A stretch of DNA of 20,000 nt, taken from positions 55,740 to 75,739 of the forward strand of contig JAVECO010000115.1 of assembly GCA_051942205.1 (NCBI GenBank), given 5' to 3'. A program made the translations under genes and the position numbers. A model generated the notes under the pieces. It ran no database searches and was not told the origin of the DNA. It was given only the letters and a program-made list of their open reading frames with translations. The DNA is from Coniocarpon cinnabarinum. Taxonomy: Eukaryota. Below, piece after piece: positions 7,876-18,523 of this stretch (position 1 is its first letter; every line of letters starts with the position of its first letter).

Positions 7876-10340
7876 CTTCTGCGCTTTGTCCCATGCCTCT
7901 GTGTTCAACTCGACCCACCCCTCACTCCGTAGACTCGCCAGTCCCTCCTTCTCCACCCGTTCCACCAGCGGCGCCACTTTGCCGGCGATGTGCGGCCCAC
8001 GGAAGCCAAAGTGCTTGTACGCTACTTCGCCCGGTAGACTCTGTCCGAATGTGCACATGCCGTAGCCTGCATCCGCGTACCGCTCCCAGCCATTCATGGA
8101 GTATGCTTCCACGGCTACGACGGTTGTGGCCTGTCGACGCAGAACCTCGGCTTTGTATTCTTTGCTCTGGCGGTCGAAGATGCGCCAGCATGGCAGACTG
8201 ACCACTCGTGCAGGGATGTTACGCTCAGCGAGTCGATCCGCCGCGTCAACTGCGAAGCGCAGTTCCGCCCCGGCACCCAGGAGTGTCACTTTGGCATTAG
8301 CATCCTCACGCATCACATACCCTCCCTTCAAGACGCCTGACCGCTTCGTCCAGCCCTGCGAGAAATACTGCGGATTATTTTGCCGGGAAAGACTCAGCAT
8401 CGTCGGCGCTCGGCGAGATCTCAGCGCAATCTCAATTCCACCTGCGACTTCCTCGCTGTCGGCCGGACGCACATACAGCAAATTGGGCATGGCGCGGTAC
8501 AGACTCGCGAGTTCAATAGGCTGATGCGTTGGGCCGTCTTCGCCAGTACCGATAGAATCATGCGTCGCGATGTGCAGCTGTTGGAAGCGCTGCAGGGCAC
8601 CCATTCGAATACCAGGCGCGGCGTAGATGTAGAACATGAAGAAGGAGGACGTAATCGGGAGAAATGTCCCGGGGTTATAAGCGGAAAGACCGTTGGCGAT
8701 GGACGCCATGGCATGTTCACGGATGCCGTAGTGGATATACCGCCCAGCGTAGGAGCCTTGGGGTCCTTTCTGCGGTTTTAGACTCGGATGCTGGAATGCT
8801 TGGGCGCCGGGCCACATCAGAGGAATCGACGGAGAAAGATCAGCGGTGCCGGACATGAAGTTCGTGACGTGCTGCGCGAGGGGTTTACAAAAGAGGCCGG
8901 CTGCTTTGCGGGTAGGTGTGGGATCGGCGGAGAGCTCTGATGTCGCTGGCAGCAGCGCGAGGGGATCCTGCGTGAAGTCGCCTTGCATGCGTTTAGTGAA
9001 TTCCGCAGCGAGGTCGGGATGAGCGTCACGGTACCGCTCGAGGAGGTTGCTGTATTCTTTCTCGAGATCTTTGCCGCGCTGGATCGTGTTGGCGAAGAGG
9101 TCGTGGGTGGCGTTGTCGAGGACGAAGTGCGTGTCTGGATCTCGACCGAAGGTTTTCTTGATGTGCTTGACATCTTCGGCGCCGAAAGCTGCGCCGTGTG
9201 TTGAAGCCTCGCCCTGCTTGGCCGAGCCGATGCCAATGATGGTACGAATGTTGATGAAAGTCGGTTTGTCTTCGGTCTTGTTCTTTGCGGACTCGATCGC
9301 GTCCACAATGGCATCGACGTCGTAGCAGCCGTCCTCGACATCGATCACGTCGAAGCCACAAGCACGCATCTTGGCATTGATGTCTTCATTCACAACCATG
9401 TCGATCGAGCCGTCGCAGGTGATTTCGTTGTGGTCGTACATGATGACCAGTCGTTTGAGCCGCCAGTGGCCTGCCAGTGAGATGGCCTCGAGACCAACAC
9501 CCTCTTGAAGGCATGCGTCACCGACCATGCAATAGATCATGTTGTCGACTACGGGAAAGCCGTCACGGTTGTATGTCGACGCCAGGTTCTCGGTCGCCAT
9601 GGCGAGGCCAACTGCGTTTGCTACGCCCTGACCTAGAGGTCCGGTAGTCACCTCTACGCCATCGATCTCGACTTCAGGATGGCCTGGCGCTATGCTATCA
9701 GGAAGGACTGAGTGGTAGGACTTGAGCTGGTCCCAGGTCATGGTTTTGTAGCCGGTCAGATGGAGGTACATATATTGGAAAAGACAGCAGTGGCCATTGG
9801 ACAAGACAAAGCGATCCCGAGGGAACCAGGCAGGATTGGTGGGAGAATAGTTCATAATGTATCGCCACAGAGACAGACCTATGGCGGCCATGCCCATCGC
9901 ACCTCTGTCTTAGGCGTCAGCTCCGTGGCTATCATATCTGGCAACGTTTGAGAGCGCAATCAGAGTTCTGTGGGGTACTCAATGTATTCAATCAAAATCA
10001 ATCTTTGAGCAGTCCAACAGGCATTATTCTGGCTAGCGACATTGAAGCTCATCAACCACTTGACCTTTAGATCAAGGCTATCAACACAAGCACTGTCTAC
10101 GCAGCCCTGACCTCTACGATTCGGTCTTGCAACTCACCCAGGGTGCCCTCCTCCAAACTGTTGGCACAAGTCTGCAACGAGACACCTGAAGGTAGCCAGA
10201 AACTGCTGATGCAGCTCATGGCCATCAAGCTGATTCTTCTTGTCCTCCACTTTGGCCCGCTTGCTTGGCCTGCTCTCATTAGCGGTATGTTCTGGAGCAA
10301 CACCGTTCATTTGATGCTGTGAACGAGTAGTTCTCGCCAT
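7831..10340 (-). CDS. Transketolase of the dihydroxyacetone synthase (formaldehyde transketolase)-like subfamily, ~758 aa. Exons 10340-10138, 9904-7831
   Basis: Exon 1 ends FRCLVADLCQQFGGGHPG. Intron 10137-9905 (GTGAGT...CTGAC...CAG) restores GGHPGGAMGMAAIG. Transketolase motifs present: RDRFVLSNGH, GHPE, TTGPLGQG, the TPP-binding GDACLQEG...N, YGIREH and THDSIGTGEDGPTHQP. The DLCQQFxGGHPGGAMG and GDAC variants match what I recall of the DAS-like clade rather than canonical Tkl1 (GDGC). Start could be ATG 10340 or 10310. Confidence 0.95.
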
Positions 10341-11211
10341 GACGAATGAAGTCAAGAAACACTCTACGTATACAATGCAAAGTATACAATGTATGAAAAG
10401 GATCTGTCAAAAGATAGACTCGAAATGGGTTTCAGAAGCGAAGTTGAAAAAGCTTGTTTCGGAGTCTATCGTCACAGTCTAGTCAAGGTTGACCAATGAC
10501 CCAACCAAACCAGCGTCAACATCATGTTAAACGGGTCTTGCGGCAGCTGTGACGAGTTGGGAGGGGAAAGGTGTGGGGCAAAGTCAAATGGCTACGTGGA
10601 CCATGGCAGCAGCATGCAAGAAACGCAAGTGACTCGGGCCAGCCGCCGCCGAAAGAAAGTCGAGCACCTCCATTCGCAGCCGACATCTCAGATAGGGTGA
10701 ACCTGTCGGCGCGTCGGATTCGGGCCATGCCTGGAGGTGCTACAACGATAGCAGTATGTAAGTGCTGTCATAGTGGCAGGGGTGAGGCTGGAAGTGATTT
10801 GATACGAGCGCGAGGGGGTAGATCCTCGATCATCACGTGAAGGTTATTTGGACAGCTACGGTATAGAACTATCTGGCACATTCGCTGACTTCTTTTCGCC
10901 GGATTGCCTCGTCATGTTCCTTGGGTGGGGGCGTGAGGCGCCAAGCGTCTGTCACGAGCCATCAGATCACATGCCAAACATGCATCGTCTCATCCGCGTG
11001 TAATTCGCAAACACTGGCCTCACACCATACAAGGCTCCCCAATTGTATGATCTGTAATCCCACCGAACGCATAAGCTACTAAGCGCAACCCAATATCACC
11101 TAAGCCCCACTCCTGTGATGAGAAGTGCTTGCGTTCTTCTCCAACCCAAGCAATTCTAGCTAGCACAGCAAATTGATAGTTGCAACGGCACGGACACCCA
11201 AATATCCTGTC

Positions 11212-11769
11212 ATGGACAACCTGCAAGGTAGAGATGCATTGCCACTTCATCCTCCACGATTTTGAAGCTGACAGAACATACTAGAGCAGCTGGTCGCCAA
11301 CTTGCCGCCTGGCGTCCTTGAGCATGTCACCTCCCACAGCGCGACTTACTGGAGCCTGTACCAGCGCTTCATGACATTCCAATCCGCCTTCCGAACACAT
11401 TTCCTCGCGCCCCTCGAGACATATGTCATCAGTCCTATTCTCGCTAGCATTTCGGCAAAGCCAGATCTAGCGACCGTGGCAATCCTTGTTGTCATCCTGT
11501 TCGTATCCTTGAAGATATTAAACATGCTTTATCAAACAGTGATCTGGTGGATAAGTCTGTTTTTGCGACTTGCTTTCTGGACCGTCATCCTTAGCGTCGG
11601 ACTGTGGATCTGGCAACGAGGCTTTGGAGGCGCCATGACCGACGCCGAAGCATGGAAAGACGAGTGGACGAAACAGTATCAATACTGGCAGCGACAAGAG
11701 ATGCACGCACGCCACGCCCAAGGCATCGGAGTCGCCGGAACGCGAGGGCCATGGTGGACCGGTCGATAA
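11212..11769 (+). CDS. apq12: Apq12-like nuclear envelope / nuclear pore assembly membrane protein, 166 aa. Exons 11212-11227, 11285-11769
   Basis: MDNLQ-G, then intron 11228-11284 (GTAGAG...GCTGAC...TAG), then AG CAG CTG in frame with ORF 11302-11769. Two hydrophobic segments, PDLATVAILVVILFVSLKILNMLY and WWISLFLRLAFWTVILSVGLWIWQRG, match the Apq12 family pattern as I recall it. Confidence 0.75.
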
Positions 11770-13734
11770 GTCATTCTCACTCAATGAGTGGCAACGGAAA
11801 ATAATGATGCCTACGCAATAAAAGATTAAAGAGTCATGCAAGAAGCTAGTTTAGGTATTCAAGGGCGATGAAGATAGCCTGCGTGCCATATGTGCTACCA
11901 ATAGCGCATTGTGTCCCACGCACATGATCCAAGACTATTCGTAGAGCCATGGTTGGAAGCGATCCCCGGAATCTATGTTCTTCTAATTCGCGCAACGGCA
12001 AGCAAGACCTTCTAAAGAGCCCCAAGCTTAGGGTCATTGAGGTTGCCAGTGCTGCGGCTATGACGCCAGCCATCCTCAGATCCATTCTGAATAATCGAAT
12101 CAAAGTGTGACAAGCACTCCGACCGTGATCCTTGCGGTCAGGAGGGAACATCCTAGCTGAAAGACTGCCCTTCACATGATCGGCGTTGGTGAAGGAATAC
12201 GCGTACCGGGCATGCCCTCCCGAGAATTACCGGCCATTGCCATAATTCTGCCAAGACTGCAAACGCACTTCTGCGGCTGAGCACTGCGGTCTGCAGTTTC
12301 TGCAGATCCGAAATGAATTTCAATGGTCAGGAGAAGCGAAGTGAAAGGCGAAGATGCTGTGAGAAGGAATTATTCGGTCCGAGCGCGTGCGAGTGGTTTG
12401 CTGGCAGCGGAATCTAGTCCGATGTATGCTAGGGACGGGTAAGCTAGAACGTACCCCAGAGGCTAGAAAGCCGGCGACTCCGAAGGCAGTAGCGATGTAC
12501 CCCAATCTCGGTTTCTGTTGAACAAATTTGCGGGCTGCGGGCCAATTCAATGCCAGGTACCAAAGTCTATTCGTCTTGTGAATGATCGTTCAGTGGCGGT
12601 GCAACCAGGGCTTACGGAAGCCGAAGCAGCCCCATTGGCTGTATGGCTTGGGGCTGTCACTTGACATGAGGTGAATTCTAGATCCATCTGTTCAAACGGC
12701 TGCACCCGTAGGCTCCCGATGGACGCGGTGGAGATGCAGGGTGGCAGGTACGGAAGCGAACAATGCTCGAAAGAAGGGCGCTCGCGTGCGATTCAACAAA
12801 ATCTCTTGGCCGACAAGTCGCTGTCACGGTTGCATCTCATCAATGTGCGGTTTCTATTCCTATCGCGCGGGGTTATCGCGGATGCACAATGTGCATATTC
12901 GGACGCATAGTTGCGGGCAGCAGAGGTTGGCAGAGAAGAGGTCCAGCAGACAGAAGACGCGCACGCAAGCACGCGCGCTGAGAATGGGACTAGCAACAGC
13001 AATTGAAAAATACTGGCGCCTGAAGGAGATCTGCGGCACAAGCCAGCTGACAGCGTGGACATGGTCATTGAGCATGTGCGTGTCTACTGGGCGTGCCAAG
13101 TCTCGCGTGGTAGGATGCGACCAGACACCACTTAGAGACGCACATGAGCTGGGAGCGAATCGTGAGAGTCTGCAGGAGATTCTTGCATACGTTGCGCGAC
13201 GCGGCGCATAGCGAATGCACGAGCGCCGGTGCGTGGACAACGTGTCTTTCCTCGATTCCTCGAGGTTTCCAGGTACCTCCTGCAGGAGTCGGCCTGCACA
13301 GCCATAGCTACGTGGTGGGCCTGCTGTGGCTTGAAAGCAGATTTTTCGGCCGTAGCAAAGCCAATGCGCGTCCACCCGGCTAGAATCGGTCCATGCAGTT
13401 TCCTTTAAAATCCACGCGTGCGTGCGCTTGAGTGCTCAAACTGCCGCAACTCGCAAGCAAGAGGCAGCATAAGCACAACAGGTGCTCTGCTCCTCCCTGA
13501 AGAATAAAAACCTGCGGTCGCCCATCTGTCGAGGACCCGAAACCTTCTCGACAGATTTACAAGAAGCTCCTACCTTAACGCCGAGAGTCTGCGATATTCC
13601 ACGTCATAGCCGCGCACAGGCCGGAGTCACGCTACGTCACCACCCTCGCGCACTGTGCTCTGTCCTTGACACACCTGTTCGATAGGCTTCCGAGCCTCAA
13701 CGTCTTACTCTTCCGGCCCTCTGGTTGGTCGGGC

Positions 13735-15810
13735 ATGCGATTCCACTCTTTGTCATCATCTCCCTCAGATCTTGCTGCCGACCGCGAACACCTCGCTTCT
13801 TCTTCTACTTCTTTTGACGACCCAGACCTTACCGCCGCCTTCTCAGACATCTTCCCATTTGCATCCACCAAACACGCACACCACCATTTGTCACTGAGAC
13901 AGCCTACATTTCCGCCCAAACATTGCATGTCCAGCTACGAAGAGCAGTGGATGCAGCCGCCAGAGTTTGATCTCGCGTTCGACCTTGCGGAGGCTCCAGC
14001 ATCACACGACCCCAATTACTCATCGCTGCCTCTCAACGACTTTGCGCAGTTCTATGGAGAGCAGCCATTCTCACAGCAACAGCCAGCGACAGGACTCGAG
14101 TATCATACTGCCACTCAGTATCCAGGGTCCCACAGGCGCTTTGCCTCGACATCCTCTGTAGCTTCTGGTGGCGCCGAGTCACACTTTGGTGGCTTTCCTC
14201 AAGCGCCCTACCAGCAGTACCCGGCTCCACAGCCGCACCTCTCTCCGTATCAATCGCAGCAACAAACATCGTGGAACTACGAAACCACCAGTCCTCTGTC
14301 CACCACGACTCACCATCTCCCCACACCCATTGGCACACCGAAGTCTGACGCCTCGTTCCAAGCCACCAACGCTCGTCGGTCGAGACCCTCGACCGGGCGC
14401 GAGACAGCGCGAGCTGCGGCGCATCAAAGCGTGAGATCGGCTCTGAACCAGCAATGGAAACCTGACACTTACACGCATTTGCAAACACAGAGCAGGGCGT
14501 TTCCCTATCAAGAAATGCCGCAAACGCCACAAACGGTTCATGGCGATGATCCAGAGACGCAGACACAGACCATTGGTAAGGCGACCTTTCTCCCCGATGC
14601 AATGTTTGGAGCCAACAACTTACTTTACGCCTACTCTACAGCGCCCACACACATTGTACCCAAGTTCGATCGCACCGTCTCAGACGCGCAGGCAGACGAG
14701 CTCTACAACCCTGCCCCAATTCCCCATCTGCCCTCCGCCCCACGATTCCAGCCACCTTCCGTGTCGAACCTCTTCACTCAGCAACCAGCAGCGTTGCAGG
14801 AGAAATTGCGTGCTGCGAACGAAGCTCGCTCAGCTTCCCCAGCGCAATCATCAGGCCAAGCATCTCCTTGGCGCAATCCATCCACCGGGAATGGTGTAGG
14901 ACAATACAGCTCCTCGAATATGCCGGCGCCACCAATGGGTGATCGAAGACCAGACGCGGCTCAGCAAGAAACTGAGGAAGTCAAGACTGTCTCTCCCCAA
15001 GACGCGTTTCCACAGGAACAGCTGTCCAAGCAAGATGAAAATCTACCACCATTGATCTCCACAGAATCAAATCAGAGCAACAGCAGCAATGTTCAATACG
15101 CGCCCTACACCTACGGGAGCCAAGAGTATGGAAGCTACACAAGCACTTCGATGCCGCAGTCAACCTTCTCATTTGCAGCTCCCTCTGTTCCAGCCAGCGC
15201 TTCTGGTTTGGACTTTAGAAATAACTATTATCAGCAAGCACATCCGGGTGTGCAATATGGGCCTGTGAACGGCGATTATGCGTCGTCGTATTCCGTGCCA
15301 GCGCATCTCACGTCGATGGAAACAACCAAGAGTGATGAGAGCGAGCTCATCGAGGAATCGAGTGAAGGATCCGTGGAGAGACCCTCACCTTCCGATACTC
15401 TAGCCAACGGCGGGAGATACACATGTCCTTACTCTGATCAACACGGATCCTGCGGCGCAAGGTTTGAGACCGGGTCCGAGTTGAACAAGCACAAACGCGA
15501 GTTCCACCGACAAGCAGGTCCCGCCTCTACCGACGCGAAACGGGCGACCGGAATGACACAGACCGGTCCCCACCGATGCACTCGAAACAACCCTAGCACG
15601 GGAAAGCCTTGCAATACGGTGTTCTCGCGGCCCTATGATCTAACGCGCCACGAGGACACGATACACGGCGAGGGCAAAAAGCTGAAGTGCCAACATTGTC
15701 CTGAGGAGAAGCTCTTTTCTCGCAATGACGCACTCACGAGACACCTCAAGGTTGTGCATTCTCAGGCCTCGCCGATTGGCAAGCAGCGGGGCCGTCGCCA
15801 AGGCACTTGA
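13735..15810 (+). CDS. rpn4: Rpn4-like C2H2 zinc-finger transcription factor (proteasome regulon activator); probable in-frame intron 14576-14641
   Basis: C-terminal fingers HRCTRNNPSTGKPCNTVFSRPYDLTRHEDTIH and KCQHCPEEKLFSRNDALTRHLKVVH resemble the yeast Rpn4 motifs FSRSYDLTRH..TIH and FSRLDALTRH. A third finger lies upstream. There is a PKFDRTVSDAQADELYNP motif and a long disordered S/P/Q region. The first in-frame ATG is 13735, with an alternative at 13927. Confidence 0.88.
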   Translation: MRFHSLSSSPSDLAADREHLASSSTSFDDPDLTAAFSDIFPFASTKHAHHHLSLRQPTFPPKHCMSSYEEQWMQPPEFDLAFDLAEAPASHDPNYSSLPLNDFAQFYGEQPFSQQQPATGLEYHTATQYPGSHRRFASTSSVASGGAESHFGGFPQAPYQQYPAPQPHLSPYQSQQQTSWNYETTSPLSTTTHHLPTPIGTPKSDASFQATNARRSRPSTGRETARAAAHQSVRSALNQQWKPDTYTHLQTQSRAFPYQEMPQTPQTVHGDDPETQTQTIGKATFLPDAMFGANNLLYAYSTAPTHIVPKFDRTVSDAQADELYNPAPIPHLPSAPRFQPPSVSNLFTQQPAALQEKLRAANEARSASPAQSSGQASPWRNPSTGNGVGQYSSSNMPAPPMGDRRPDAAQQETEEVKTVSPQDAFPQEQLSKQDENLPPLISTESNQSNSSNVQYAPYTYGSQEYGSYTSTSMPQSTFSFAAPSVPASASGLDFRNNYYQQAHPGVQYGPVNGDYASSYSVPAHLTSMETTKSDESELIEESSEGSVERPSPSDTLANGGRYTCPYSDQHGSCGARFETGSELNKHKREFHRQAGPASTDAKRATGMTQTGPHRCTRNNPSTGKPCNTVFSRPYDLTRHEDTIHGEGKKLKCQHCPEEKLFSRNDALTRHLKVVHSQASPIGKQRGRRQGT

Positions 15811-17164
15811 GCCAATACGAGAGATGATCTTGCCATAGCGACGGGAGAAACACCCTCAAAAGTCTTTATTCTTTCAACTTCACTCAGCAGCGTTTTAGCG
15901 ATTCTTTATCTGGAAGTGTGGAAAATGCACAGCTTGGGCCTTTTCGAGTTCGCCTGACAGATGTTCCTGTCCTTTCCAATGTGTATAGTTAGGGGTTTTA
16001 GATGATGGACGTCACGATCAGCATAGCGATGCATTGGGTGGGCGTTTTGTTGTTACTGTACGATCATGACCAGGCTTTTAGTGGCTTGAGGGAGGAGAGT
16101 ATGATTGTGCTATTGCATCCGTACGCACTTAGATAGTTGTAAATGCGAACAGACGAGAGTTGACTCTAGCAGCACTAGATGCTCTTATATCATGATTGCC
16201 CTGTGGCTCCCTGTGATTCACTGAATGTTTTCAATGCGATCCTACATTGTCACGCTCATAGCTACAGAAGTAGCACCAGCAGCACCATTGTTCGACGCTC
16301 TCCAAGTACCATTTCCTGACCCTGTCCAAATTTCATCATCTATGCGGGCATGAGTCACTTCATGGTGAATGGCCCAGACGTCAAAGGCCAGCCCCAAGAG
16401 GACTCACATGCTATGCACGTGAACTCAGAGTGTCGGAAGCTCGGCCAGGTTTCAGTCAGGATGTTTGGTCAGCACCAAGTCCGAAGCGCCGGCACTTGAG
16501 GATCGACAAGTGTGGCTGAGGCGTCAATGACGCTAATGCACACAGCCTCACCATGCCCGACATTTCCCCATCCCGCCAAGCCCTGGAAGAGACCCTGCAT
16601 GCCTGCTCTGCCAAACCACAGTCCCTCCTCTTCCAACTTTCTCCTCTGCCCGCAGCCCTTTGCTTGACTTGCAGGTGCCTCAGCGAGTGAGTGGGTGCTC
16701 GTGAGCCGCAGCCAATACTCTCTGGTTGCAGTCCACGATACTGAGTCCCTGAGAAACACCCCAAAGAGCCCACCATGCCCATTGTTCGCGTGAACCACCA
16801 GCCCGTCATGCATCCTATACTGCTGCTAGCTTCCGTCATCCTTCCCAGTTTTCCTACCCCTGTCAATTGCGTGCAATCAGGTCGTCTCATTGCTCGATAT
16901 CGCCGTCTGCCTTGATTCCTCCGGCCCTTAGCGCTTGATAATATGCGCCACATGCATCAATTGACGTCTGCTCTGCTCACACACCCAAGTCATGTAATGC
17001 CCACAACTGGTCTTGGATTGTAGATCTCTGCAACATCAGTGCCAAAAATAATCTGCGTTCCTCTCGTCAACTTCGTCCTCACTTCCTTGATGATGAACGT
17101 GGTTTCTCATGAGCTTCAACACTAGCAGCGGTAGTTGTCTGCTGTGACCGCACAGTCAGTCGCA

Positions 17165-18523
17165 ATGTTGGTGTTACGACTGTTTCTTCTCTTCGTGCTC
17201 GGCACCAGCTCGCAATCCATCGACCTTGGTGGATTGCTTTCAGCCGAACAATCAGTGCAGAGCACCCTCACGGGGTTGGCAGCCAACGCTGGAGGTGCTG
17301 TTGCGTCGCTCGCCCAGTCGGGGCTAAGTCAGGTGAATCCTGCCAGCTCACCTGTGACTTCTGCGCCCTCGAGCAATGGAAGCCCGGCCTCATCAACTTC
17401 TGCGTCGGAGGACTCGAGCTCGCTCCCAACTTCTGCAGCTGCAACTCGCTCTGAGCAAACCTCCCGTAGCAGCAGTCCTACCTCGACTTTAGACGCATCC
17501 CTGTCCAGCAGCAATACCCCATCTTCTCGCATGATCACTAGTTCCACGTCAAGATCGGATCAAACGTCCTCTAGCTCACCAGCAACACGACAATTGGCAG
17601 CATCCACTTCACCCACTCCTGCGCCCGCCGCTGAGAGCGAAGATGATAACGATGATGACAAGAACCATTTGTTAGAGATCATCTTGCCAACGGTGCTCAG
17701 TGGATTGACTTTGCTTGCTATTCTGGGCCTAATTGCGTGGATATGCGCCCGCAGACGGTCTCGGAAGAGACATCGAAGATCAGGTCTCAGTCGCATTTAC
17801 GCGGCTGGTTCGCCTGATCGCAGTGGATATTCCTCACCGGCAATGGAAGAAAGGGACGAGCAAGCAGATCATGGTCTTCTACCGACTGCCTCTACACCTC
17901 CTCCGATACCTCCTATCTCTAGCCAGCGTAGCCGCGATGCTGGCTTTGGTACGCCACGTGCATCTGTTGCACCTGGATACTCAGCTCAAGACCACCCTTC
18001 ACGGCCGGCCTCTCTCTATCCACAAGCTGCACCGACCGGTCTACCGTTACACACTTCTACGTCCAATTCGACCAACGGGGCATCCGTCATAGCTGCATCT
18101 CACGGTAGCTTGGCGTCAAATCGAGGACACTTCTACAACAAAACGCCACATCAGTCTTATCAGCCTGTCACCTCGGATGAGCCACCCGTAGAGCTCGCCG
18201 CAGAGCACGGAAACGTGAATGATCGACTACCGCACTCGTATTCGCAACAAGTCCCACCAACGAGAGCTCGGACACCACCTTTGCAAGCGATGTTTCCATG
18301 GTTTGGTCCCAAGTCGGACGCCCGTCAGACCTACCAGAGTCCTCGCATGAATGGCGGCCTGCATGGCACGGAAACCAGCCTTGAAGGACCGAATGACTTC
18401 GACTTTGCATTTGACAATCGAAGCACTCGCACGTCGACCAAATCTCAGACCCCGAAAACCGGCAGGTCTTGGAGCTTTCGAAGCAATCGCTTTGCGATAC
18501 CCAGAAAGCCAGTCCCTCTGTAG
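17165..18523 (+). CDS. Type I membrane protein, 452 aa: signal peptide, Ser/Thr-rich ectodomain, single TM, disordered cytoplasmic tail (Mid2/mucin-like sensor architecture)
   Basis: ATG 17165 gives the signal-like MLVLRLFLLFVLGTSSQS. A ~100-aa S/T-rich stretch and an acidic patch precede the TM segment IILPTVLSGLTLLAILGLIAWIC, followed by basic ARRRSRKRHRR. The tail ends IPRKPVPL. Confidence 0.85.
   Translation: MLVLRLFLLFVLGTSSQSIDLGGLLSAEQSVQSTLTGLAANAGGAVASLAQSGLSQVNPASSPVTSAPSSNGSPASSTSASEDSSSLPTSAAATRSEQTSRSSSPTSTLDASLSSSNTPSSRMITSSTSRSDQTSSSSPATRQLAASTSPTPAPAAESEDDNDDDKNHLLEIILPTVLSGLTLLAILGLIAWICARRRSRKRHRRSGLSRIYAAGSPDRSGYSSPAMEERDEQADHGLLPTASTPPPIPPISSQRSRDAGFGTPRASVAPGYSAQDHPSRPASLYPQAAPTGLPLHTSTSNSTNGASVIAASHGSLASNRGHFYNKTPHQSYQPVTSDEPPVELAAEHGNVNDRLPHSYSQQVPPTRARTPPLQAMFPWFGPKSDARQTYQSPRMNGGLHGTETSLEGPNDFDFAFDNRSTRTSTKSQTPKTGRSWSFRSNRFAIPRKPVPL

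Noticed and set aside
10341..11211. CreA-type SYGGRG sites (10573, 10731, 10925) in the divergent transketolase/Apq12 promoter
   Set aside because: About three matches are expected by chance in ~870 bp for this degenerate hexamer.
11800..13700. ORFs of 100-170 aa and a PACE-like GGTGGCAGG near 12740 upstream of the Rpn4-like gene
   Set aside because: The ORFs overlap on both strands with no coding bias or motifs. The site deviates from the PACE consensus GGTGGCAAA. This is most likely a long regulatory intergenic region.
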